A stretch of 64,000 nucleotides of DNA from Antedon mediterranea (lineage: Eukaryota; Animalia; Echinodermata). The notes under the pieces were generated by a model, which saw only the letters and a list, made by a program, of their open reading frames with translations, did not search any database and was not told the origin of the DNA. Made by a program: the position numbers and the translations under genes. Numbering within the stretch: position 1 is the stretch's first letter; each line of letters opens with the position of its first letter. The DNA is taken from NCBI RefSeq assembly GCF_964355755.1, contig NC_092679.1, positions 10,027,432-10,091,431 of the forward strand, in the 5' to 3' direction. Positions 52,447-62,592 of the stretch are shown one piece after another.

Positions 52447-53043
52447 TTATACTGGCCTTAAAAGTTTTGTTCCATATATTAGGGCGTTCCGCACACTTCT
52501 AATGAACCGCTTCATTCCTGATAATTTGTGGACATGATCAGCAGTGCTTAAATGCACACCATCTCTTCCCACGTGAGTAAAGTCCGCCTTAAAACCGCGA
52601 TGCCTCCAAAAAATCACTTTAGGATGGTCAGCGAAAAGCGATTCTAAAATATTATTCACTTTCTTTATCGTAGTGTTGAACGTGGGTACGGAATTTTTCG
52701 GTAACCTACGGATGAGCTCTCCTATTATCACTAATTTGACATCTGCCCCCAGCAATAAAAAGTCAATGAATGCCTGATAGTGTCGTATGAAGGTTGAAAT
52801 ATTACATGTTCCTATGTCATTTTCTCCTATCTGAATGTATACTATGTCGAACGATGTACGGCCCTTGAATAAAGAGGGTAGGTTCCGTACTCTGGCACCG
52901 CCTTTGGATTTAAAGTCCAGTAAATATGAATTATTTAGGCGCAAATGTTTGTCATCAGGAGAATTACTCACGTGTTCAGCCAAACGCCGAATAAAAGAGT
53001 GTCCGAGTATGCATACTTTGTGACGAACAGGTATCCGTTCCAT
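52447..53043 (-). CDS. SGNH/GDSL hydrolase, an Ngaro-type accessory ORF (first ATG at 53043; the track starts it at 53061)
   Basis: Block I ILGHSF, block II KGG, block III IGEND, block V DGVHL; the reading frame is intact. Confidence 0.87.
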   Translation of the reverse strand: MERIPVRHKVCILGHSFIRRLAEHVSNSPDDKHLRLNNSYLLDFKSKGGARVRNLPSLFKGRTSFDIVYIQIGENDIGTCNISTFIRHYQAFIDFLLLGADVKLVIIGELIRRLPKNSVPTFNTTIKKVNNILESLFADHPKVIFWRHRGFKADFTHVGRDGVHLSTADHVHKLSGMKRFIRSVRNALIYGTKLLRPV

Positions 53044-53499
53044 GATACTTAAAAATCGCAATTAAACGTAATACATACCCGATAAATACCCTATAAGAGG
53101 TAAAACAGCTAGTTCACGATACAATACCACTCCGTTAAAAGAAGTTAAAATTACAAAATTAATTAAATTATTTTATACAGCAAACTTAATAAATGCGATG
53201 TTTGTCCGGAGACGGTTATGAAGCGAATGTCGTGCTTCAGAATTAAACCACACGCCTAGAATTTAATGACTTTACCAGTCATACTTTGAATACCATTCTA
53301 CCCTGAGGATATCATAAATCGGTAGCTTCATGGTCATCCCATCCAAACAGTTTACATAAAGTCATGGGAAACTGACCGATAAACTATACTAATAGAGGGA
53401 AACCCATTGACACAAACGATTCTTCCTTTGGTATTTTTACTCGGAAGAAATTATTTCCTCGTCAAAAAGTGTGAAAATTTTCACCTTGATTTGGGTATT

Positions 53500-54970
53500 C
53501 ATAATTTACATGGTTATTTTCAAATTGAGGAATTTGTTTAGCTAGGTTAGGTCCTATGTTTGCAAAAAACTCATTTAAAGTATTAGCTATCTTGTAAAAA
53601 TCTGTTTCAAGGCCATTTATTGTATTTATACTACTTATAACACTTTTTTTATTCTTAGATGGTACAATATATATCTTATGTTTTTCCAGATTATTTTGGA
53701 ATCTTTTGTATTTAATTGTTCAGAGAAATAATCTTTTTTTGATCTCCTGATATCGTAATTTACTTTGTTTTTTAATTCACGGTATTCGTTCCATAATTGA
53801 GGACAATTTTTCTTTACTCGCTCTTTTTTTCATTGAGTCACGTTTTCGCATTTGTAATATTACATTTTTTGTGAGCCATAGGCTATCTTTATTTCGAGCC
53901 CGTTTTTTCTTTAAAGGTACATGTTTATTAACAATTTGTAAAAACTTGTCTTCAAAAAACTGCAGAGCGTCATTCACATTTGTATATAAAGTTATTTCAT
54001 GCCAATTTACATTTAACATATCAATTTGTAGTTTTTCCTCATCAAGGTTATTATAGTTCCTTTTTGTTTTATATTTATGGTTATGTTTTGGTTTTTCTTC
54101 TTTACCAATGACAGCGTAAATAGCTGAATGATCACTAATTCCTGTGTTAAGTACACCCGAGGAAGAAATTCTGTTTGGAAAGGATGTATAAAAATGATCA
54201 ATCAGAGTTTTACTTTGGTTTGTTATCCTTGTCGGTTCAGTTATAATTTGTGTTAGAAAATGGTTATTAGTTATATCCATTAATTTTTGTGTATAGCAAG
54301 TAGGGTTTTGTGAAAGTGTGTCACAATTGACATCTCCTATTATTATTATTATTTCTTTGTTTAGACATTCGTTTTCTTCTAAAATTTGTTCAAAAATATC
54401 TAAAAGTTGAATTTTTGAGTTTGGTGGGCGGTACCATGCTATTAAAATGATTGGTTTAGTTTTTGGTTTACAAAGTTCGATTACTACTATCTCAAGCTCC
54501 ATTTTCATGAAATCATTTCTTAGTTTACAAGTAAAACATCCTCCTCTATTTACATAAACTGCAACCCCTCCCCCTTCCCTATTTCTGTCATTTCTATAAA
54601 TATCATAGCCATCAATGTGTATTGATTCATCTTTAATTACATTATCTAAACGTGTTTCATTGAGTGCTATGATATCAATAGAATTGTTGTTGATTAGATA
54701 CTTAAATTCATCAAATTTGCTTGGTAGAGAAACTATATTAAATCCTAGGATACTTAGACCATTATTTAAAAATACTTCACAATTTTCAGTTAAATTATTA
54801 TGTTCATTTAGCGAACAGTTATGTTGATAGTTAATTGTTTCATTTTTATTTGAATTGATCGTATACGTTAAATTTGAGGAAACTCCAGGTGGTATAATAT
54901 CATTTATATAAGTTTGTTGAGTGTTCACCTCGTCATGGGGATTTTGTTCTAATTCATTGTCATTATTCAT
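53500..54970 (-). pseudogene. APE endonuclease half of ORF2 of the second LINE, frameshifted beyond ~53800
   Basis: NETRL, DRNREGGGVAVY, WYRPP, GDVN, LIDH, ISDH; then WNEYRELKNKV and NEFFANIGPNLA in other frames. Confidence 0.92.
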
Positions 54971-55003
54971 AGAATTTACGGCTAAACCCTCATTGCCTAT
55001 TTC

Positions 55004-56412
55004 CTAGTAATCATAAAATGCTTGGCAAAACTTAGCCTTATGTCCTACAGAGTTACATTTCCAGCATGTAATCGGTGCTCTATGACGACATATCCTCTGC
55101 ACATGTCCACTCTCACCACAGTTGAAGCAGGGTTTCAGAGCTTCCTGGTTGAAGGATGAAACAGATGAGTATCGTTGTTTGCCTTCTGGGTTTCGTTGTC
55201 TCGCTGGTGTACGTATTACTTGCACTGCTCTATTAATACTTCTTAGTAGGACTGATGTACCTTTCTGGTTGAGGTGTAGGCCATGTCTTGTAAAGTAATT
55301 TGAATGTACACCGTGTGCATCTGTGAAATAGTTGGTATGGTCAATGTACATATGGCCAAAACCGTTTGGAGCATATCATTTGCTTCAGCAATTTGTCTGT
55401 TAAAATTTGTATTGTCAAGACGAGGACAGATTCCCGAGACGAGCACCTTTCCAGATATCCTTTGTTGCAAATATGTTGTTATTTGAAGAAAGTCTTTGTG
55501 AAGTTTGCTAATGTTAAAATCTTCTCGACTACAATCATTTGTTCCAGCATGAATTATTATGTTAGTAACATTTTCCAGATTCATATGTGTTACAGCATTG
55601 TAAAGTTGACTAACAGTAAAGCCTCGCTTTATCCTGACTGATGTATCACTTAGACCTCTTGTTTTAAGTAGTTTCAACATAGAATCTCCGATTATCAAAT
55701 TTGTTGTCTTCACAGTGTGAGATGCATTATCATTGTTTTGGACGTTGTATGTTGAGTTTTGGATGGCTTGATCAGATTCAGGAATTAACGGCTCAGGTAA
55801 AGTGGGGAGCTCATCTGCCAGTCGAACAAAATGGTTACTAGTTTGGATCTCGTGATCATTACCATTCAGACTTATTTCCTGGCAACAGTTATGAATAGGC
55901 TGATAAAATGTGTTGTGTTTTACATCAAGCTCTGATCGTAGGCTAGTAATTTGTGCCTCAAGGTGTTCATTTCTCTCACTTAGTTCCTTAAAAGATGTCG
56001 AAAGTTGGGCAAAGTTAGCGTGAACAGTTTTCAGATCGTGTATTTGTTTCCGTAGATCATTTATTGTGTCATCCTTACTTTTTACTTTGTTTTTTAAGGA
56101 GGGTGTCAGATCCCAGTGCTCGGGTGTTTGGGTTACTATATTGGTTGTTCTTGTTGCAATTGATTGTGTAGAAACTTCACGAATCTCAACTGAAGAAGTA
56201 ATCGTAGCAGCATCAAATATTCTGGGATTATTAGTAAATCGCTTAATTGGTGTGGAAGCCGAGGGTGTTGTTAAATAAGAAGGCATACTTAAGATAGATA
56301 GCTCTAAATCCCTGAATTCCTTCAAAATTGATTCTTCATCGTCATTGTCAAATGTCCGATTAGCTGGACACACCAGGCTATTAGATATGAGATTTTCCAT
56401 TGTAAGAGTCAA
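55004..56412 (-). pseudogene. LINE ORF1: coiled coil, SGNH esterase and two CCHC knuckles, frameshifted near 55360
   Basis: LIIGDSM, HAGTND, RHGLHL; CFNCGESGHVQRIC and CWKCNSVGHKAKFC. Confidence 0.88.
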
Positions 56413-59400
56413 GTTTAAAACGGACAGTGGGCTTGTTTGTGCCTATGAGTCAGTTCAATATAAACAGGATGCGAATTTAAACAAAGGCTTAGTTTGTCCA
56501 GCCCAGAACTTCTTATATAACACTTTTCAAGTAGGTTACAATACTGGCTTTATTCCTTTGTTCTTCAGAATTAGGTATGCTTGATTTTCAACTTTGCAGC
56601 CTAGGTTTTAGTTATAAAATTTGCAAAAACCATACCTCAAATCATGAAACTCCAGTGAAAATAAAAAAACTGCAAACAATCACCTACTCTTTTATATAGT
56701 TTGTAGTGAGAAAAAATCCTTTTTTATGGTAATAAAGATGAACTTTTAGAGAGAGCTTTCCAGTATTCCTGCAGCCTACAGGACGTTGTTAACATCAAAG
56801 TGTATATAATAGCTTCAAATTGCATTTGGAGACTTTTTAGACCATTTTGTGATTTTCGAAAAAACTTGTTACCATAAAAACACCAAAGTGCTTGGAATAG
56901 CTTCAAATCGCATGTCGAAATGCTCAAAATGGTCAAAAACGTTTTTAAATACGATATTAAGCTATTTTGTGCTCTTTGATGTTTTTGTGTGAAAAGTTTT
57001 ATCGAAATGCTCAAAATGGTCTAAAACGGTTTCTAATGAGATTTTAAGCACTTTGATGTTTTTATGTTAACAAGTTTTTTCGAAAATCACAAAAATGGTC
57101 TAAAACGTCTCCAAATGCGATTTGAAGCTATTCTGTACACTTTGATGTTTTTATGTTAACAACTTTTTTAGAAAATCACAAAATGGTCTAAAACGTCTCC
57201 AAATGCGATTTGAAGCTATTCTAAGCACTTTGGTGTTTAAATGTTAACAATTTTTTCGAAAATCACAAAATGGTCTAAAACGTCTACAAATCCGATTTTA
57301 AGCTATTCTAAGCACTTTGGTGTTTGTATGTTAACAAGTTTTTTCGAAAATCACAAAATGGTCTGAAACGTCTCCAAATGCGATTTGAAGCTATTCTAAG
57401 CACTTTGGTGTTTTTATGTTAACAAGTTTTTTCGAAAATCACAAAATGGTCTAAAATGTCTCCAAATGCGATTTGAAGCTATTTTAAGAACTTTGGTGCT
57501 TTTGTGTAACCAAGTTTTTTTCGGAAATCACAAAAGGGTCTAAAAGGTCTCAAAATGCGATTAGAAGATATTCTAAGCACTTTGGTGTTTTTATGTTAAC
57601 AAGTTTTTTCGAAAATCACAAAATGGTCTAAAACGTCTCCAAATGCGATTTGAAGCTATTCTAAGCACTTTGGTGTTTTTATGTTAACAAGTTTTTTCGA
57701 AAATCACAAAAGGGTCTAAAATGTCTCAAAATGCGATTTGAAGCTATTCTAAGCACTTTGGTGTTTTTATGTTAACAAGTTTTTTCAAAAATCACAAAAT
57801 GGTCTAAAATGTCTCAAAATGCGATTTGAAGCTATTCTGTACACTTTGATGTTTTGTGTGAAAAATTTTTGTCGAAATTCTCAAAATGGTCAAAAACGTT
57901 TTTAAATACTATATTAAGCTATTTTGTGCTCTTTAATGTTTTTGTGTGAAAAGTTTTTTTGAAAATCACAAAATGGAATAAAACGGTTTCTAATGTGATT
58001 TTAAGCACTTTGATGTTTTTGTGGAACCAAGTTTTTTCGAAAATCACAAAATGGTCTAAAACGTCTCCAAATGCGATTTGAAGCTATTCTAAGCACTTTT
58101 CTGTTTTTATGGTAACAAGTTTTGTCGAAAATCACAAAATGGTCTAAAACGTCTCCAAATGCGATTTGAAGCTATTCTGTACACTTTGATGTTTTTATGT
58201 TAACAACTTTTTTCGAAAATCACAGAATGGTCTAAAACGTCTTCAAATGAGATTTGAAGCTATTTTGTACACTTTGATGTTTTTGTGTGAAAAGTTTTAT
58301 CGAAATGCTCAAAATGGTCTAAAACGGTTTCTAATGTGATTTTAAGCACTTTGATGTTTTTGTGGAACCAAGTTTTTTCGAAAATCAAAAAATGGTCTAA
58401 AACGTCTCCAAATGCGATTTGAAGATATTCTAAGCGCTTTTATGTTTTTATGTTAACAACTTTTTTAGAAAATCACAAAATGGTCTAAAACGTCTCCAAA
58501 TGCAATTTGAAGATATTCTAAGCACTTTGGTGTTTTTATGTTAACAAGTTTTTTCGAAAATCACAAAATGGTCTAAAACGTCCCCAAATGCGATTTGAAG
58601 CTATTCTGTACACTTTGATGTTTTTATGTTAACAATTTTTTTCGAAAATCACAAAATGGTCTAAAACGTCTCCAAATGCGATTTGAAGCTATTTTAAGCA
58701 CTTTGGTGTTTTTGTGTTAACAAGTTTTGAAAATCAAAAAATGGTCTAAAACGTCTCCAAATGCGATTTGAAGCTATTCTGTACACTTTGATGTTTTTAA
58801 TTATGATAACAAGTTTTTTCGAAAATCACAAAATGGTCTAAAACGTCTCCAAATGCGATTTGAAGCTATTCTAAGCACTTTTCTGTTTTTATGGTAACAA
58901 GTTTTGTCGAAAATCACAAAATGGTCTAAAACGTCTCCAACTGCGATTTGAAGCTATTCTGTACACTTTGATGTTTTTATGTTAACAACTTTTTTCGAAA
59001 ATCACAGAATGGTCTAAAATGTCTGCAAATGCGATTTGAAGTTATCCTAAGCACTTTGGTGTTTTTATGGTAACAAGTTTTTTCGAAAATCACAAAATGG
59101 TCTAAAACGTCTCCAAATGCGATTTGAAGCTATTCTGTACACTTTGATGTTTTGTGTGAAAAAATGTTGTCGAAATGCTCAAAATGGTCTAAAACGTTTT
59201 TAAATACGATATTAAGCTATTTCGTGCTCTTTGATGTTTTTTTGTGAAAAGTTTTATCGAAATGCTAAAATTGGTCTAAAACGGTTTCTAATGTGATTTT
59301 AAGCACTTTGATGTTTTTGTGGAACCAAGTTATTTCGAAAATCACAAAATGGTCTAAAACGTCTCCAAATGCGATTTGAAGCTATTCTAAGCACTTTGGT

Positions 59401-60647
59401 GTTTTTATGTTAACAAGTTTTTTTCGAAAATCACAAAATGGTCTAAAACGTCTCCAAATGCGATTTGAAGCTATTCTGTACACTTTGATGTTTTTATGAT
59501 AACAAGTTTTTTCGAAAATCACAAAATGGTCTAAAACGTCTCCAAATGCGATTTGAAGCTATTCTAAGCACTTTTCTGTTTTTATGGTAACAAGTTTTGT
59601 CGAAAATCACAAAATGGTCTAAAACGTCTCCAACTGCGATTTGAAGCTATTCTGTACACTTTGATGTTTTTATGTTAACAACTTTTTTCGAAAATCACAG
59701 AATGGTCTAAAACGTCTCCAAATGAGATTTGAAGCTATTCTGTACACTTTGATGTTTTTGTGTGAAAAGTTTTATCGAAATGCTCAAAATGGTCTAAAAC
59801 GGTTTCTAATGTGATTTCAAGCACTTTGATGTTTTTGTGGAACCAAGTTTTTTCGAAAATCAAAAAATGGTCTAAAACGTCTCCAAATGCGATTTGAAGA
59901 TATTCTAAGCGCTTTTATGTTTTTATGTTAACAACTTTTTTAGAAAATCACAAAATGGTCTAAAACGTCTCCAAATGCGATTTGAAGGTATTCTAAGCAC
60001 TTTGGTGTTTTTATGTTAACAAGTTTTTTCGAAAATCACAAAATGGTCTAAAACGTCTCCAAATGCGATTTGAAGCTATTCTGTACACTTTGATGTTTTT
60101 ATGTTAACATTTTTTTTCGAAAATCACAAAATGGTCTAAAACGTCTCCAAATGCGATTTGAAGCTATTTTAAGCACTTTGGTGTTTTTGTGTTAACAAGT
60201 TTTGAAAATCACAAAATTGTCTAAAACGTCTCCAAATGCGATTTGAAGCTATTCTGTACACTTTGATGTTTTTATGTTAACAAGTTATTTCGAAAATCAC
60301 AAATGGGTCTAAAATGTCTCGAAATGCGATTTGAAGCTATTCTGTACACTTTGCTATTTTGTGTGAAAATTTTTTGTCCAAATGCTCAAAATGGTCAAAA
60401 ACGTTTTTAAATACGATATTACGCTATTTTGTGCTCTTTGATGTTTTTGTGTGAAAAGTTTTATCGAAATGCTCAAAATGGTCTAAAACGGTTTCTAATG
60501 TGATTTTAAGCACTTTGATGTTTTTGTGTAACCAAGTTTTTTCGAAAATCACAAAATGGTCTAAAATAATGAAAACATTTCTTCTGGTTTCGATTCGTAT
60601 AATAATATAAGTAGTTCTTTGATAGTAAACCAATACAACTTACGTTG

Positions 60648-60691
60648 GCAAGACAGTTTCGTCTAGCTGTCAGCTTGACTTCTTCAGTTGC
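60648..60691 (-). ncRNA. Minimal type I hammerhead ribozyme
   Basis: GCAA CUGAAGA A GUC-AAGCUGACAGCUA-GAC GAAAC U GUC UUGC: complete core, stem I GCAA/UUGC, stem II, very short stem III, GUC cleavage triplet. Confidence 0.85.
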
Positions 60692-60700
60692 TATGATGCG

Positions 60701-61752
60701 TTATGGCGCCGATTGGTCTCCTTTCCAGCCACTAGATGATTTTGTTGTGTAGCCTAGGGGACCAGTCGTCGTCAGAAGCTGATCGTAAATGTGAGATAGT
60801 TGGTGCGCGCCTTCGTCTCTATTCATCTTTGTATTTTTATTTTGCTTTCTTATGCTGATGCTTTCTTTAATTTTACGTTTAAGCCAAACTTGTTCTTTGT
60901 GTAGTACCTCTATCTTATCCCAGTTAGGTATGTGGTTGTGTGTGGTCATATGGTCCGTGATTGCTGATTTATGTAAAATGGAGGACGAAACTTTCCGTGA
61001 TGCACGCGTCTGCATGTTCTGTGTGTTTTCCTCAACATCTTTCTTGTGCTCTTTAATTCTGGTTTTGAGTGCCCTACCCGTTTCCCCAATGTACACCATC
61101 TCACAGTTGGTGCACCCCACTTTGTAGACGACACCACAGGAATCCTCTTTGCATGCTTTATCTTTCGGTCGGACGATTAAGTTTTTAATTTTGTTAGATG
61201 GTTTAAAGTATGTTCGTATGTTATATTTTTTAAATGTTCTCTTGATTTTCTCTGACAGGCCTTGAATATATGGGATGGATATCGACCCTCTTATATCTTC
61301 TGTTTCGGGTTGTTTGTCCGTTTTTTGTTTATCTAGGTTACGTTGTACCTTTCTAATCGTCCATGTAGGGTAGTTGCATTGTTTAAGTGAAGTATGTATC
61401 ATCTCAGTTTCGTTCTGTTTGTCTGGATTATTTGTGATTATCGTGTTACATCTGTGTAGAAGTGTGCGGATAACGGATAACTTGTGTTGTAGAGGATGAT
61501 GTGAGTTAAAGTCCAAGTATTGATTTGTGTGGGTGGCTTTCCTAAAAACTTTAGTGTTGATTTTGCCTTCCCCATCAACTAAAATTTGCGTATCCAAGAA
61601 TGGGATAGAGTTGTCTGTTAAGGACATTTCTTCGCAAGTGAAATTAATGTCATCATCGATTTTGTTTAAAGTGTTGTAATAATGGTTGTGTCGCATCCTT
61701 GGGAATTATTGTTATAATGTCATCTACATACCTTTTCCACATCCTCGGTTTT
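60701..61752 (-). pseudogene. Penelope RT-GIY-YIG ORF, truncated, with a 1-nt frameshift near 61668
   Basis: PRMWKRYVDDI in an upstream frame; IPFLD, VFRKATHT, YLDFNSHHP, GVVYKVGCTNCEMVYIGETGR. Confidence 0.93.
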
Positions 61753-61986
61753 AAATCACAAAATGGTCTAAAACGTCTCCAAATGCGATTCGAAGCTATT
61801 CTAAGCACTTTGGTGTTTTTATGTTAACAAGTTTTTTTCGAAAATCACAAAATGGTCTAAAACGTCTCAAAGTGCGATTTGAAGCTATTCTGTACACTTT
61901 GATGTTTTTATGTTAACAAGTTTTTTCGAAAATCACAAAATGGTCTAAAATGTCTCCAAATGCGATTTGAAGCTATTCTGTACACT

Positions 61987-62166
61987 GCTTCGCACACCAC
62001 TTTCGATCACACGCGTTTCAATACGCACTCATTCAGAATTGGTAGGGCTACACAACTACATAACATGGGAGCAAATGAGAAGGAGATCATGACCACGGGT
62101 AGATGAAAAAGCGATGCGTACAAACAATATATACGACCTCATTGCATAACTTTAAGTAACAAGTAA
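61987..62166 (+). pseudogene. Tyrosine recombinase C-terminus (absent from the ORF track)
   Basis: Hand translation: ASHTTFDHTRFNTHSFRIGRATQLHNMGANEKEIMTTGR*KSDAYKQYIRPHCITLSNK*; has the HSFRIG box and GR(W)KSDAY..YIR with the catalytic Tyr. Confidence 0.88.
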
Positions 62167-62249
62167 CATTATAAATTACCAATGATCCCATAGGCAAGGC
62201 ATGTACTCAAAGTCTTGATTTAATATTCTGTCGACATGCACAAGTTTTC

Positions 62250-62592
62250 AGGCATCTGCCCAGGCAGTGCCTGCTGTTTAGTATAAGGTTACAGGCATCT
62301 GCTCAGGCAGTGCCTTCTGTTTAGTATTATGGTTCCAGGCATCTGCCCAGGCAGTGCCTTTCTGTTTAGTATTAAGGTTATAGGCATCTGCTCAGGCAGT
62401 GCCTTCTGTTCAGTATTAAGGTTACAGGCATCTGCTCAGGCAGTGCCTTCTGTTCAGTATTAAGTTTAAAGGCATCTGCTCAGGCAGTGCCTTCTGTTCA
62501 GTATTAAGGTTAAAGGCATTTGCTCAGGCAGTGCCTTCCTGTTTGTATTAAGGTTACAGACATCTGCTCAGGCAGTGCCTTCCGTTTCAGCA
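62250..62592 (+). repeat. Eight tandem 43-45-bp repeats, each with a 23-bp imperfect palindrome
   Basis: AGGCATCTGCYCAGGCAGTGCCT starts at 62250, 62293, 62337, 62382, 62426, 62470, 62514 and 62558. Confidence 0.95.

Larger units (their letters stand above)
49804..53454 (-). mobile_element. Fragment of a tyrosine-recombinase retrotransposon (Ngaro/DIRS group), 3651 bp, nested in LINE ORF2
   Basis: SGNH hydrolase ORF, Gag-like ORF with a Cys/His finger, and a DIRS-type RT cut off before RNase H. Confidence 0.88.
48073..56784 (-). mobile_element. Full-length but degenerate CR1/L2-group LINE with an esterase and zinc-knuckle ORF1 (~5.0 kb without the nested insert)
   Basis: (TTA)n tail after AATAAA; 11-bp TSD GTTGTTAACAT at 48062-48072 and 56785-56795; ORF1, APE and RT remnants in order. 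Confidence 0.93.
23381..56913 (+). repeat. 88-bp satellite array, forward orientation (blocks 23381-25484, 26367-27937, 30003-35911, 38612-39507, 44513-48072, 56785-56913)
   Basis: Monomer AAAGTGCTTAGAATAGCTTCAAATCGCATTTGGAGACGTTTTAGACCATTTTGTGATTTTCGAAAAAACTTGTTAACATAAAAACACC; TTCAAATCGC recurs at 23401, 23489 and 23577; ~78-bp variants contain AAATCACATTAGAAACCG. Confidence 0.98.
60567..61752 (-). mobile_element. 5'-truncated Penelope-like element
   Basis: RT C-half, GIY-YIG endonuclease and a hammerhead-bearing 3' end; AAATCACAAAATGGTCTAAAA lies on both sides (60546-60566, 61753-61773). Confidence 0.94.

Noticed and set aside
53030-53797. Peptide SIMERIP at both the end of the endonuclease ORF and the start of the hydrolase ORF (15/17-nt match)
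   Set aside because: In the LINE it is an out-of-frame reading after a frameshift (true frame WNEYRELKNKV) and neither site is at an insert junction; treated as coincidence.
14492-61127. Many short plus-strand ORFs antisense to retroelement genes (e.g. 43571-44011, 50426-50698, 60852-61127)
   Set aside because: Shadow ORFs of the real minus-strand coding regions with no independent motifs.
15929-62106. Probable TGG-to-TGA stops in both Gypsy pol and the recombinase, suggesting deaminase editing
   Set aside because: Two events only, the ancestral codons are inferred, and I saw no clustered G-to-A changes.
62250-62592. CRISPR-like look of palindromic repeats with spacers
   Set aside because: The linkers are variants of one sequence, not unique spacers; there are no cas genes and the context is eukaryotic.
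62250-62592. CAGTGC in each unit resembling an iron-responsive element loop
   Set aside because: The required 5-bp upper stem with a C bulge does not form; CAGTG sits in the stem of the stronger hairpin.
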